This document shows, one piece after another, positions 19,951 through 30,625 of a stretch of DNA of 64,000 bases. The notes below the pieces were generated by a model. That model had not been told where the DNA came from and searched no databases. It saw only the letters and a program-made list of their open reading frames with translations. A program made the translations under genes and the position numbers. This stretch comes from Candidatus Pacebacteria bacterium CG2_30_36_39 (GTDB taxonomy: Bacteria > Patescibacteriota > Microgenomatia > UBA1400 > PJMF01), in NCBI GenBank assembly GCA_001873435.1, contig MNZB01000003.1:137789-201788 (forward strand), given 5' to 3'. Position 1 is the first letter of the stretch. Every line of letters begins with the position of its first letter.

Positions 19951-22900
19951 ATGCCAGTATTTCCTTTGTTTCTTTTAAATTTTCAGTTGAATCAGCCCAT
20001 TTTTTATAAGCTTGGTCTATTATCTCATCCAAAATGGGACCGAACTTCGCAATAATATTCTCTATACTAGCCTCTTCCCTACCCAGCCCAAGAAAAAGCT
20101 TATGGATATAGTCAAAATGGTTTTGACCTTGAGTAACTATTCCCTCAGTGACAAAAATCGACTTAGTTTTTCTCTTATTTTCTGGAGGATTCCAACTTAC
20201 TTTTTTATAATGTTCTAGCACTGCCAAAACTTTCTCTCTTGTTGGAATAAAACCAATGCTAACTAAATATGGATATTTACTCTTAAACTCTTCTAATTTA
20301 CTTTGTTTTTTAGAGTCCTTATTTATTTCTCCAGGATTATCATTAAGATGAACTCTTTTTTCTTTAATAGCTACTAAAAATTCTTCTGCACCTTTTTTTG
20401 CTCCATCTTCCGGATCATGATTATGAATACCTCTGTTTTGAATTATTGATATCTTCCCTTCTTTGCCACTTTCTAGTTCTAGAGTTGAAACCCTTGTCAT
20501 TTTTCCATCCACTATTTTTCTAATAGAAACTATATGGTGAGTTCCTTTGCTGCATTTATCTGAATAACCTCCCTTACCCACACAATGTGACATGGCGCTA
20601 CCCTCATCAACTAATTGTTGAGAGCTTGTGAGTGGAACAAAAAAGTATGTTGTTTTCCCCCATTCAAATCTATATTCTGGGTCGGAGAACAATGGTTTCC
20701 ATTCCCTAGTATCTACGAGATCTTTAATATTTTCTGGAAAATTATGCTGAGGCAAGTGTTCAGTTTGAGCAAACAAAGCCAGCTCACTAAAAGTTAAAGG
20801 TAAACCAAGTTGATTTAATCTCTGGTCATTGTTTAAAAACAAAAAATCCTCAGCAATAGTTTTTGCTAGTTCCAACTGCAGTTTACCAAGATCTTTGTCC
20901 ATGAACACTTCTGTTTTAAGCAATAACAATGGAGCAATAAAACTTCTACTGAATCCTTCTATCGAGTCTTTAATTAGATCAAATTTGTCGATGTCAATTT
21001 TTTCTAATTTTTCCCATAATTTTTCAAAAAAAACCTCATCTGCGTAATCACTTCCAACTTCATTATTCATTTTATTGAAAATGATTGAAAGGTTGTGTTC
21101 AGAAAAATCAATTTTTAGAGCAGAAAGAATTCCAGCAATTTTTTCTAAACAAGCTAGGGCAACCTCAATTTGTTCGGCAGAATAATTATTAAAAAGATCA
21201 TAAACTTCAACCGTTCTGCATAGTAACTCGCTAAAAAATTCATTATTTGAAAATTTTCTAATAGCCTCGACTTCTGCTTCTTTATTATTTTTTCCTTCCA
21301 ATCCTTGCAAAATAATTGTTTCAGAGGTAATCGAAGACCCAGATTTATAATCGAAGACTTTTTTACCAGTCAGAGGGTGTACTTGATTTACAATTTCCTT
21401 CCAATCATCTATTGAGAAGCTAGCTCTAATTTCAGCAAGAGCTTCTTTTTCTGGAAAACCAAACTTATCATAACTAAGTAGTAATAACTGAATTATCCAT
21501 GATGTCAGTGCTATTTCATTCTCTATGTCATCTGGAACTGGAAAATCTTGATTTTTGTATAAATATGTTAAAAAGGGTTTCCAATTTACAAATTTGTAGT
21601 TTTTATTGAGAGTATATCGATATATTTTTTGGATATTTTGCATTCTGCTTTCAGCAAAAGTCCAAACGTCAAGTCTTTCTGGTAAGGTTTTATTATTTTT
21701 TAGAAACCAATTCATTAATTTGTCATGGGTTTTTATTTCAAAAAAACTAAGATTTGATAGCAACCACTCAGTTTTTTTTGAATCTGGTCTATCAATATAG
21801 ATATCTAAAACACTTTGGGGGAATTTTCTTATTGTAGTTAAGTTTAGCTCTTTTATTTCTTCATCATCCCAGGTACTAAAGATTTTTCTTAATATTTGAT
21901 TTTTATTTATTCCTTTGACAATGGCAAATGCTTCAGCAAATTGTTTTCTTCTTTCTGAATTAGGGTTTTTTGATAATAGTTTCCAGATATATTTTCCATT
22001 TATTTCTGGAGGAAAAGCGTGTTGTGCAGAGAAAATAAAGTCCAATCTATCATTTTCAAATAAAAAATCAGCAGTTTCTTTTGTTAAACCATGAAACTTT
22101 GGAATTACGTCTTTTAATACAAACCATGGAAAATCATTATTCTCAACCATTTTTTGGATTAGAAAATTATGATCAAGGGTTGGATATAAATCTAGATTTT
22201 TTAAAATTGCCCAGGCTTTTTCTTTATCAGTCAATAAATTTATTAGATCATTATGAGAGAGATCTGGAAATTTTTCTGGATGTTTTGCCATTAGAAAAGG
22301 ATTTTCCTTAACCATTTCGATCGGAAAATTTGCTGAATCTGTTGCAAACCAATCCCAATAGAGTTCAAAAACATGAGGATAAGAAGACATTACTGAGACT
22401 GCTTCTTCATCGCTAAAATATGGAGGGTTTTTTGGAATTTCCTCTGACTTGGTTTTCTTTACAAATTTGGCAATTACTTCTATATCAACTTGAGAAAAAC
22501 TTTCTTTATATTCAGAATTTACAAATTTATCAAATGTTAAAGGATTTTTTTCTGCTAAAACCAACAAATACCTTTTTGACAAGGCAGTTTTATTGTTTTT
22601 TAAATAGACCTCCAGTAGATCTGCTGTTGCATCGGCTGGACTAGTTTCCCAAGCTCCAGACGGATCAGCTGCTTGATAAATCGTATTATGTTTATCTGAA
22701 ATTTCATAAAGCAGTTCTTCAGAGATGAGCTCTGGTTCTGTGGTGGCAAGTGATTTTGCTCTAACAATAGCACTCTCTTGACCAGAATCTATGGCTGTCA
22801 AAATGTATTGAATTTTTATCTCTGATGGAAAGGCTTTTACTTGCTCATCATAGTCTTTTGGTTTGTCATACCAATTACGGATTAACTCATCGAGTTGATC

Positions 22901-22951
22901 CATTTTTCTTTTATGAGAATTATCCAAGGTAGTTGCTATATTTTCTTGCAT
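19949..22951 (-). CDS. 1000-aa hypothetical protein with helical repeats and C-terminal PcfJ-like domain
   Basis: PLTSSQQLVDEGSAMSHCVG..Y....G.HHIVSIR...STLEL...Q.RG..N matches the PcfJ C-terminal motif. Confidence 0.7.
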   Translation of the reverse strand: MQENIATTLDNSHKRKMDQLDELIRNWYDKPKDYDEQVKAFPSEIKIQYILTAIDSGQESAIVRAKSLATTEPELISEELLYEISDKHNTIYQAADPSGAWETSPADATADLLEVYLKNNKTALSKRYLLVLAEKNPLTFDKFVNSEYKESFSQVDIEVIAKFVKKTKSEEIPKNPPYFSDEEAVSVMSSYPHVFELYWDWFATDSANFPIEMVKENPFLMAKHPEKFPDLSHNDLINLLTDKEKAWAILKNLDLYPTLDHNFLIQKMVENNDFPWFVLKDVIPKFHGLTKETADFLFENDRLDFIFSAQHAFPPEINGKYIWKLLSKNPNSERRKQFAEAFAIVKGINKNQILRKIFSTWDDEEIKELNLTTIRKFPQSVLDIYIDRPDSKKTEWLLSNLSFFEIKTHDKLMNWFLKNNKTLPERLDVWTFAESRMQNIQKIYRYTLNKNYKFVNWKPFLTYLYKNQDFPVPDDIENEIALTSWIIQLLLLSYDKFGFPEKEALAEIRASFSIDDWKEIVNQVHPLTGKKVFDYKSGSSITSETIILQGLEGKNNKEAEVEAIRKFSNNEFFSELLCRTVEVYDLFNNYSAEQIEVALACLEKIAGILSALKIDFSEHNLSIIFNKMNNEVGSDYADEVFFEKLWEKLEKIDIDKFDLIKDSIEGFSRSFIAPLLLLKTEVFMDKDLGKLQLELAKTIAEDFLFLNNDQRLNQLGLPLTFSELALFAQTEHLPQHNFPENIKDLVDTREWKPLFSDPEYRFEWGKTTYFFVPLTSSQQLVDEGSAMSHCVGKGGYSDKCSKGTHHIVSIRKIVDGKMTRVSTLELESGKEGKISIIQNRGIHNHDPEDGAKKGAEEFLVAIKEKRVHLNDNPGEINKDSKKQSKLEEFKSKYPYLVSIGFIPTREKVLAVLEHYKKVSWNPPENKRKTKSIFVTEGIVTQGQNHFDYIHKLFLGLGREEASIENIIAKFGPILDEIIDQAYKKWADSTENLKETKEILA

Positions 22952-23008
22952 GAAATGACATGCTCAAGGCTAGCAGAAAACTAATTGAAAAGGAACAATT
23001 ATTAATAT

Positions 23009-23674
23009 TTAACTACCACTAAAAGCAGTGGATTTTTCATGGTGCATAGTGTCTTGGACAAACTTAGTTTCTTGACTATCAACTACCATTCCCCCGCCTC
23101 GACGTTGAGACATTTTCTTTTTTCTAGAATTCATTTGTTTGGCCCAGGTACGAGCGCTTTTAACTTTTTGTCTCAATAACATGATAAAACTACGAAGTTT
23201 GGCAAAGAAGTTTTTATAGTAACTACCCTCTTGCCCTGGTTGAGTAATTTGAGTCATTAATGTAACTTCTGCTTCTTTTTGCAAAGAACCAAGGTCTGAC
23301 ATTAGTAATGCAATTTCTTTTTTAAGTTGGTTAATTTCTTTTAGCTCCCTCTCTTGGCGAGCGGCATAAATCTCATGGTTATCAACTGGGTTGATTTGAT
23401 CATGAAGTTTTTTACGCAAAGCATCTCGTTCAGCTTGTTTTTTTAACTCAGCTTGTTGTTGGGCTAATAGATCATTTTGACTGGAATTTTTGCCTTTAGG
23501 CTCAAGATTGCCACCGGTTTTAGCTAGAGCCTCACTAAAAAGTTGGCTTTCATTTTTACCAGTTTCTTGTCTGGCTTGATGAGCGTGAGATTCAGTTTCC
23601 ACCAAAGCTTGAGCAAACGGATTAATTCCGGATTGCTTTGCAGCTGGTTTTTTTGTTTGCCCAAGAGTTTGCAT
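23009..23674 (-). CDS. CPR-specific coiled-coil protein (DUF5660-like)
   Basis: G.YY.NFF..L...I..LR.KV.SA.TW motif. Confidence 0.65.
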   Translation of the reverse strand: MQTLGQTKKPAAKQSGINPFAQALVETESHAHQARQETGKNESQLFSEALAKTGGNLEPKGKNSSQNDLLAQQQAELKKQAERDALRKKLHDQINPVDNHEIYAARQERELKEINQLKKEIALLMSDLGSLQKEAEVTLMTQITQPGQEGSYYKNFFAKLRSFIMLLRQKVKSARTWAKQMNSRKKKMSQRRGGGMVVDSQETKFVQDTMHHEKSTAFSGS

Positions 23675-23759
23675 ATATAATAGCTTTAATTATAGGACTA
23701 TACCAGGCTATTGTCAAGAAATTTCTTATTAGGCAGAGCTAGGCTCATTAATGATGATT

Positions 23760-24719
23760 CTACGCAAGACTGAGCAAATGGTCTACTACCTTCTGCTTGA
23801 GAAGATTGGTTTCCAAATGACCAAGATAATGCTTGTCCTTTTTGACTTGCTCTCTCACCTTGAGGTCGGTGATGGTTTCAAAATATTTATCTTTATCTTG
23901 ATCAGTAACTGCTAGTTTTTGATCTTTAGCGATAGCACCAAGTAATAAATCTAGTTGAAGTCTACTGAGAGTAGAAACAGCTAATTCTTGAGAAAGAGTA
24001 TCCATAGTCATATTGCGACGGGTTAGATAATCATCAACTGTCATATTGAGCTGTTTGAGCTGATCAACAATGTGTTCAAACTCATGCTGAGTTTCATGTT
24101 TGAGTAATAACTCAGGTACTCCTGGCTTAAGTTGACCAACTAATTCGCGGAAAATATGTTGAAGCTTAGTTTCTTTTTCTTGTTCTGCAGTTGGAGCTGA
24201 CACTTCTTTAGTATCTTTATCTTTGTTTTCATTAGCTTTTTTCTTAGCTTCAGCCAATGCTTTCTCAGCATTTTTAGCACCTGCCTTAACATGTTTTTCA
24301 TAACCCTTAACAGTAACTTCTGGCAATTCAGCAAAATGTGCTTTAATTACCCAATCTTTGCCAATCTCAGTACTGGTGATAGAGAATTCTGGATGAGTAA
24401 TTGGTTTTTTCTTGGCAGCTTCCATGGTTTCTTGATAAGCTGCTGGAACCAATTCGTCTAAAACACGTTCAACTATTTGATTTTGACCAAGTTGTTCTTC
24501 TGCTACTTTGGCTGGAACATTGCCTTTTCTAAAGCCTGGAACAGAGACTTTTTTAGCTAAAGAAGCCAAAATACTTGAATATTTTTTGTTAACATCATCT
24601 TTTTTTAAGGTAATTGTAATAGTGCTATTTGGCAATAAAAGTGAGGTTCCTTCTTCTTTTTTAGGAGCAGTAGTAGCCTTAGTAACCTTTTTTTGTTCTT
24701 GAGTAGTTTTTTTTGTCAT
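23760..24719 (-). CDS. tig: Trigger factor lacking the FKBP domain
   Basis: VPGFRKGNVP ribosome-binding motif, C-terminal SurA-like helices, only 319 aa. Confidence 0.9.
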   Translation of the reverse strand: MTKKTTQEQKKVTKATTAPKKEEGTSLLLPNSTITITLKKDDVNKKYSSILASLAKKVSVPGFRKGNVPAKVAEEQLGQNQIVERVLDELVPAAYQETMEAAKKKPITHPEFSITSTEIGKDWVIKAHFAELPEVTVKGYEKHVKAGAKNAEKALAEAKKKANENKDKDTKEVSAPTAEQEKETKLQHIFRELVGQLKPGVPELLLKHETQHEFEHIVDQLKQLNMTVDDYLTRRNMTMDTLSQELAVSTLSRLQLDLLLGAIAKDQKLAVTDQDKDKYFETITDLKVREQVKKDKHYLGHLETNLLKQKVVDHLLSLA

Positions 24720-24818
24720 GGTGCGATTATATCGTAGTTTGCAAGATTCACCAGGCTTGGTAGAATATAACTCTCATTAATATAAATTTTTTTCATTAAA
24801 AAAAAGAAAGACATTCAT

Positions 24819-25640
24819 ATGCCTCAAGAAAAAAAACTTTTACATGTCGTTTGTGATTATAAAGCTGGTGGTTTGGAGTTTGGAGAAATAAACACTAGAA
24901 TTTTTGAAACTTTGGAAAATCCTACTGAAGTTCTAGTTCATACCACAGAAGTTCCTCCATTGGACACTGCTGCTTTGGGATTTGTTACAGCACAATACGC
25001 TTTAGCTCCTTTTACTGGTAAAAGAGTGATTTATGGCAATGCTGCTCCACGTAGAGACAAGAACACTGCTCTCAAAGACAATGTTGGTGATGGAATTAAG
25101 TATGCCAGATTAAAAAATGGCACCGAAGTAATTAATGTTGATTCTGAATATGCCTTTGGTTTTATTAAAGATGAAATTGTTGAATTTCGTGATATTGACT
25201 GTCCAGCTGGTGGCTCACAATTTCGTTCTAGAGATTTTTTTCCAGAGAGAGTGGCAAAAATAATGAATGGCGATCATTCTGTTTTGACAACTGAACTAGA
25301 CATTGCTTCTATTCCTGAAATTCCAGCCAACAGAGTTGCTTGGACAGATGGCTTTGGCAATATTAAAACTACTACTAGAGCTTCTCATCTCAAGGCTTTG
25401 GGCTTAAAACCTGGAGAGAAAGTACAAGTCACTCTTAATTCAATTAGTATGGTTGGTGTTGTAGCTATTGGTGGTTTTGGTGTTGATCGAGGTGTTTTGG
25501 CAATTAACTTTGGCTCTTCTGGTTATGCAGATCCTTTTGTCGAGTTATTCTTGCGTGTTCATCACATGAGTGAACAAACTGCTTCTGTGCGTTTTGGTTT
25601 TCCAGCCGGTGGAACAGAGTTGACAATCAAACCTTTGTAG
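24819..25640 (+). CDS. SAM hydroxide adenosyltransferase/halogenase (DUF62) family, divergent
   Basis: QFRSRDFF (cf. TFHGRD) and WTDGFGNIKT (cf. D.FGN) motifs. Confidence 0.7.
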   Translation: MPQEKKLLHVVCDYKAGGLEFGEINTRIFETLENPTEVLVHTTEVPPLDTAALGFVTAQYALAPFTGKRVIYGNAAPRRDKNTALKDNVGDGIKYARLKNGTEVINVDSEYAFGFIKDEIVEFRDIDCPAGGSQFRSRDFFPERVAKIMNGDHSVLTTELDIASIPEIPANRVAWTDGFGNIKTTTRASHLKALGLKPGEKVQVTLNSISMVGVVAIGGFGVDRGVLAINFGSSGYADPFVELFLRVHHMSEQTASVRFGFPAGGTELTIKPL

Positions 25641-25664
25641 TTTGAGAAATAGAACTTTAGAATT

Positions 25665-25690
25665 AAAAACCCCCCGCAATGCGGGGGTTT
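25665..25690. terminator. Intrinsic terminator between convergent genes
   Basis: CCCCCGC-aat-GCGGGGG with flanking A/T runs. Confidence 0.85.
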
Positions 25691-25715
25691 ATGTTTTTAT
25701 AAAAATTAATTGTTA

Positions 25716-26762
25716 TTAAAGCAAGTTTATGCTTTCAATTAAGCGGTGAGAATAACCCCACTCATTATCATACCAACTAATCACCTTAACCATATTGCCG
25801 CCAACAACTTGGGTTAAAAGTAAATCTACAATTGAAGATTCACTGCGGCCCACAATATCTGAGGAAACAATTGGGTCGTTGGTAACAGCTAAAATTCCTT
25901 GCCATTCTGGTTTTTGAGAGGCTTCAGTTAAAACCTTATTAACCTCTTCTACAGTAGTTTCTTTTTTAGTGATAAAAGTGATATCAGACAAAGAACCAGT
26001 TGCAGTTGGTACGCGGATGGCTAAGCCATCAAAGATGCCAATAAATTCTGGTACAACTTTACCAACAGCCTTAGCTGCTCCAGTTGATGTAGGAACAATG
26101 TTCTCGGCAGCACCACGAGCTCGACGCAAATCTTTGTGTGAGTTATCCTGCAGATTTTGATCATCAGTGTAAGCATGAATGGTGGTTAACATGGCTTTTT
26201 CCACTCCAAAATGCTGAGAGATAATCTTGGCTACTGGTGCAGTACAGTTGGTAGTGCAGGAAGCATTGGAGTGAATAATTTCAGGTTTGTCTGTTCCTCC
26301 TACTCCAATAACTCCAGTGCTAATTCCCTCACCTTTCCCTGGTGCTGAAAGTAAAACTTTTTTGGCTCCGCCCTGAAGATGGAGACTAGCTTTTTCTTTA
26401 GTGTTAAAAACTCCAGTTGATTCCACCACAACTTCTACACCATTTTTACCCCAAGGAATTTTATCTGGGCTACGTTGAGCAGTGATTAAGATTTCATATT
26501 GAGCAATTTTTAAAGTGCCCAAAACTGGATCTTCATCTGTTACCTTATCTCTTGTTTGATGCTCGGTATAGGTAAGTTCTTCTGAGAACATTCCATAATG
26601 AGAATCATATTTGAGCAAATGTACCCAACCAGCAATGTCCATTGATCCTGAGGTATTAATGACTTTTAATTCAAGAGTATCGCGATGAGCTTGCCACCAC
26701 ACCCTAAAAGCGTTTCTACCTATACGACCAAAACCATTAATACCAAAGACTTTTTTAGTCAT
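25716..26762 (-). CDS. gap: Type I glyceraldehyde-3-phosphate dehydrogenase
   Basis: GINGFGRIGR, SNASCTTNC, WYDNEWGY. Start moved to ATG 26762. Confidence 0.97.
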   Translation of the reverse strand: MTKKVFGINGFGRIGRNAFRVWWQAHRDTLELKVINTSGSMDIAGWVHLLKYDSHYGMFSEELTYTEHQTRDKVTDEDPVLGTLKIAQYEILITAQRSPDKIPWGKNGVEVVVESTGVFNTKEKASLHLQGGAKKVLLSAPGKGEGISTGVIGVGGTDKPEIIHSNASCTTNCTAPVAKIISQHFGVEKAMLTTIHAYTDDQNLQDNSHKDLRRARGAAENIVPTSTGAAKAVGKVVPEFIGIFDGLAIRVPTATGSLSDITFITKKETTVEEVNKVLTEASQKPEWQGILAVTNDPIVSSDIVGRSESSIVDLLLTQVVGGNMVKVISWYDNEWGYSHRLIESINLL

Positions 26763-26793
26763 GGGAGTAACCTTTCTTTGTTGTCGCCAATTA

Positions 26794-27534
26794 TTAAACC
26801 AATTTTGTAGTGACATCGTTACTGACATAGGTGCCGATGTTTTCACCATCAACAGCTTTTTCTAGATTATCACCTTCGAAGAGTTTGAAGATCATAACTG
26901 CCAAATTGTTTTCTTGACTCATGGCTAAAGCTGAGGTGTCCATTACTTGAACATCATCCATAGAAATTGCATCTTTTAAAGAAAGAGTTTGGTAGCGCTT
27001 GGCATCTGGGAATTTCATTGGATCTTTTTCATATACACCATTAACTTTGGTGGCTTTCATGAATACATCACAATTGAGTTCTAAGGCGTGGAGTGATGCA
27101 CCAGTGTCAGTGGTTACGTAAGGTACGCCTGTTCCTGCACTAAGAATAACAACATGACCTTTTTCCATATGGCGAATTGCTTTGCGACGAATAAAAGTTT
27201 CAGCAACTGAAGGCATATCAAGGGCTGACTGTAAGCGGGTGGAAACATTTACTTTTTCCAAAGCATCTTGAAGAGCCAAACCATTCATAATGGTTGCTAA
27301 CATTCCCATATAGTCTGCTGTAGCACGATCAATTCCATTTTTACTTCCAGCAATACCGCGGAAAATGTTGCCACCACCAATTACAACTGCAATTTGTACT
27401 CCTTTATCATGAATAGATTTTATTTTTTGAGCAACCTCTAGAGCGGCTTGTGGATCAATGCCATATTCTCTGTTGCCAATCATAGATTCTCCACCTACCT
27501 TGAGGAGAATGCGTTTGAAGCGTGGGTTTTTCAT
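26794..27534 (-). CDS. pyrH: UMP kinase
   Basis: LLKVGGE, GGGNIFRG, DYMGMLAT, TTDT. Confidence 0.97.
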   Translation of the reverse strand: MKNPRFKRILLKVGGESMIGNREYGIDPQAALEVAQKIKSIHDKGVQIAVVIGGGNIFRGIAGSKNGIDRATADYMGMLATIMNGLALQDALEKVNVSTRLQSALDMPSVAETFIRRKAIRHMEKGHVVILSAGTGVPYVTTDTGASLHALELNCDVFMKATKVNGVYEKDPMKFPDAKRYQTLSLKDAISMDDVQVMDTSALAMSQENNLAVMIFKLFEGDNLEKAVDGENIGTYVSNDVTTKLV

Positions 27535-27551
27535 AAAACAGCTTTCTTTTT

Positions 27552-28586
27552 TTATATTCCTACTTTTTTACGTAAACGGAGGAACTTCCAACGAAGTTCT
27601 TCTATAACTCTATATAGTGAGTACATTGTTGAGTCTAGCACAAGGTCATAAGTACCAATAAATTCTTTAAGTTGGCCACCATAGCCCTTTTTAAAACGAT
27701 GAAAACCAAACCATGGATTTTTAGGATCTGGCTCTGGTCCTAATGATCCCCACATATCAAAAGTTTTGCAACCCAGTTGTTTGCCTAAACGAATCATTTC
27801 CCACATCATTAAATTGCTAGCCATTACATCTCTATATTCTCTACTAGATGCTCCATACGGATAATACAAAACGTTATCGAAAACAAACATAATCCAAGAA
27901 ACTAAGACTTTTCCTTCATAAACAGCATTGAAGATTCTCATCATGCCGCTATTACCCAATTCTTGCCACATAGTACGAAAATACTCTGGGGAATGAGCAT
28001 AAAAACCCTGTCTATCAGTAGTTTCTTTTAAGACGTTGAGATAAATTTCCATACCTTCAGCAGTGGAGTTTTCAAAAACCTTAACTCCTTTTTTATCTGC
28101 AACTCTAACGTTATAGCGAGTTTTATTGGAGAGTTGAGCAAATAGCTCTTCTTCAGTTTTATTTAAATCTAATTCAAAAGTGTATTGGGTAAAGAGAGGT
28201 CTCCCTGGTTTGCAGTCATGAGTTTTTAAAAATTTTCTAATGGCAGAGTGAGCTGAAGTTGCAGTTTCTGCAGCTTGAGAAACATTGGGTTCTAATTTGA
28301 TAAATAGAGCATTGTGGGCTTCTCCCAATTTTTTTAATGCTGCCAATTGATTTTCATCTGGCATGAAACCTTTGGGAAAGTAACCTGCTGTTTTACCAAT
28401 GAAAGGTAGGGGATGAAAACTGACTTGAAGACTTTGAGTGATTTTTCCATTTTCGAAAAATCCCAGTCTTTCTATTTCTACTCCAGTTTTTTTACGGAAT
28501 TCACCCCACTCCCAAGTTTGTAAAGGATGGTGAGCGCCTAAGTTATATAGTGCTTGTTCTTCGTTTCTAAGGGCCCTAATCAGCAT
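27552..28586 (-). CDS. FemAB/FemX family lipid II:aminoacyl transferase
   Basis: LQTWEWGEFR, KTRYNVR.A.KKGV, GFHRFKKGYGG. Confidence 0.92.
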   Translation of the reverse strand: MLIRALRNEEQALYNLGAHHPLQTWEWGEFRKKTGVEIERLGFFENGKITQSLQVSFHPLPFIGKTAGYFPKGFMPDENQLAALKKLGEAHNALFIKLEPNVSQAAETATSAHSAIRKFLKTHDCKPGRPLFTQYTFELDLNKTEEELFAQLSNKTRYNVRVADKKGVKVFENSTAEGMEIYLNVLKETTDRQGFYAHSPEYFRTMWQELGNSGMMRIFNAVYEGKVLVSWIMFVFDNVLYYPYGASSREYRDVMASNLMMWEMIRLGKQLGCKTFDMWGSLGPEPDPKNPWFGFHRFKKGYGGQLKEFIGTYDLVLDSTMYSLYRVIEELRWKFLRLRKKVGI

Positions 28587-28636
28587 AGCGGTACTCAATT
28601 ATATGTTTTTTTTAATTTATTGTCAGGAAGAAAATC

Positions 28637-30550
28637 TCAACTATCCAAAAACTCTTTAATATTCATCTCTCCATCTAGTAATGCATCCAGGGTATCGTCA
28701 TCTATAATTTTTCTTCCAGTATATGTTGCAGTGTACCCTACTTTAACATTGCCATTAGGATGAGAAACGCCAATTTCTTCCAATAAGTGTTTTTTAATAT
28801 CAGATAAAAATCTACTACGGGTGCTGTGGGTTATTTTGCCAAAATTCCAACGTCTTTGGGCGTAAGTACAAAAAAGTTTTTCTTTGGCTCTAGTAATTCC
28901 TACATAGCAAAGTCTACGTTCTTCTTCTAGTTCCTCCTTATCCCAAAGTGATTGTTGATGTGGCAACAAGCCTTCTTCCATACCAACCAAAAAGACTACT
29001 GGAAACTCTAGTCCTTTGGCAGAATGTAGACTCATCAAAGTAACACCTGGTTTAGCATTACTACCATCAACATCATGGAAAAAACCGTCTTGAACTAGAG
29101 CTACATTTTCTAAAAATACAGTTGTGTCTTCAAATTGGGCGGCGGTATTTAATAGTTCTTGAATATTTTCGATTCTTGCAGAGTCCTGCGGGTCCTTCTC
29201 ATCAAAGGTACTAAGATATTCGGTTTTTTTAATTACTGACTCCAGTAGTTCCAGCGGACTTAGAGTTTTTATTTTTTCTTCTTCTGTTGTTTGCCATTGT
29301 AATAGTTTGTTTAGTCTACGTTTGCCGTTTTTTTGGGCTCTTTCCATGCTAACTAAATCTTGTGGATTGAGTAGTAGTCTGAGATATGAAATCAAATCTT
29401 TAATTTCTTTACGATCGTAAAAACGTACTCCGCCTACGATGCGATATGGAATTTTTTCTTTAACAAAAACCTCTTCAAAAGCTCTTGATTGAGCATTAGT
29501 GCGATAAAGAATGGCAAAGTCTTGGTATGAATACCCTACTTGTTGCCTAATGCATTGAGCAACTTTCATTGCCTCTGTAGTTTCATCAGCATTTTCAATC
29601 ACGGTAATTGGTTCTGATTGAGTGTTTTCTGTCCATAAGCCCAAAACTGGGTGGGAAGTGTTTTGTGATATTACTTGGGTAGCAGCATCGAGAATTGTTT
29701 GAGTAGAGCGATAGTTTTGTTCCAATTTGTATTCTTTAATTTTTTCGAAATCTTGGCCAAGGCGCATTAAGTTGCGATAGTCTGCCCCTCTCCAAGCATA
29801 AATGCTTTGAGAAAAATCACCTACTACATATAAATTGTCGTGTGGGTGAGCGAAAAATTTGGTTAAAAAATATTGAGCTTTATTTGTATCTTGATATTCA
29901 TCTACTAAAACATGTTCAACTTGATCTTGGTAATATCCTAAAATTTCTTTATCATTTTGGAGTAAATTTACTGTTTCTAAGAGCAAATCATCAAAATCAA
30001 AAGCATTTAGTTCACGTAGTTTATATTGATAGATTTGATAAACTTTGGCTGCAAATTCTTGAGCATCATCATGAGCCAGAGCCTTATATTCTTCTGGAAC
30101 AAGCATTTCATTTTTTGCTTGAGAAATTAATGATTTAACAAATTGAGGAGTGTATTTTTTTGGATCAAAACTACGGTCTTTATAGATATGCTTTATCAAA
30201 GACAATTGGTCATTGCTGTCATAAATTGTAAAATCATGGCTACGATTGGTTTTATCAGCATGAATTCTCAAGATTTTGGTACATAAACTGTGGAAAGTTC
30301 CAGAAAATCTCAATTGTCTGCCAGTTAATTCAAAAACTCTTTTATTCATTTCGCCAGCTGCTTTATTGGTAAAAGTAACTAATAAAATAGAATCTGGATT
30401 TACTTTTTTTTCAGCAATTAAATAAGCAACTCTGGTGGTAAGAACTTTAGTTTTGCCGCTACCAGCTCCAGCTAGAACAATAGCTGGTCCTTCTGGATGT
30501 AGGACGGCTGCTCTTTGTTGTTCATTGAGTTGGTCCAAGGAGTACGGCAT
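28637..30550 (-). CDS. pcrA: UvrD/PcrA DNA helicase
   Basis: AGAGSGKT, DEYQDTN, EQNYRS, HSAKGLEF, EEERRLCYVGITRA. Confidence 0.96.
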   Translation of the reverse strand: MPYSLDQLNEQQRAAVLHPEGPAIVLAGAGSGKTKVLTTRVAYLIAEKKVNPDSILLVTFTNKAAGEMNKRVFELTGRQLRFSGTFHSLCTKILRIHADKTNRSHDFTIYDSNDQLSLIKHIYKDRSFDPKKYTPQFVKSLISQAKNEMLVPEEYKALAHDDAQEFAAKVYQIYQYKLRELNAFDFDDLLLETVNLLQNDKEILGYYQDQVEHVLVDEYQDTNKAQYFLTKFFAHPHDNLYVVGDFSQSIYAWRGADYRNLMRLGQDFEKIKEYKLEQNYRSTQTILDAATQVISQNTSHPVLGLWTENTQSEPITVIENADETTEAMKVAQCIRQQVGYSYQDFAILYRTNAQSRAFEEVFVKEKIPYRIVGGVRFYDRKEIKDLISYLRLLLNPQDLVSMERAQKNGKRRLNKLLQWQTTEEEKIKTLSPLELLESVIKKTEYLSTFDEKDPQDSARIENIQELLNTAAQFEDTTVFLENVALVQDGFFHDVDGSNAKPGVTLMSLHSAKGLEFPVVFLVGMEEGLLPHQQSLWDKEELEEERRLCYVGITRAKEKLFCTYAQRRWNFGKITHSTRSRFLSDIKKHLLEEIGVSHPNGNVKVGYTATYTGRKIIDDDTLDALLDGEMNIKEFLDS

Positions 30551-30625
30551 GTTAGTCATACTACCATGATCAGCAGACTTGTACAGGTTATGACTTCTGC
30601 CCCAGTGAAGTGGTAAGATGCTGTT

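Noticed and set aside
19841-23000. Integrated element at tRNA-Val
   Set aside because: I saw no integrase and no duplicated tRNA 3' end (att site).
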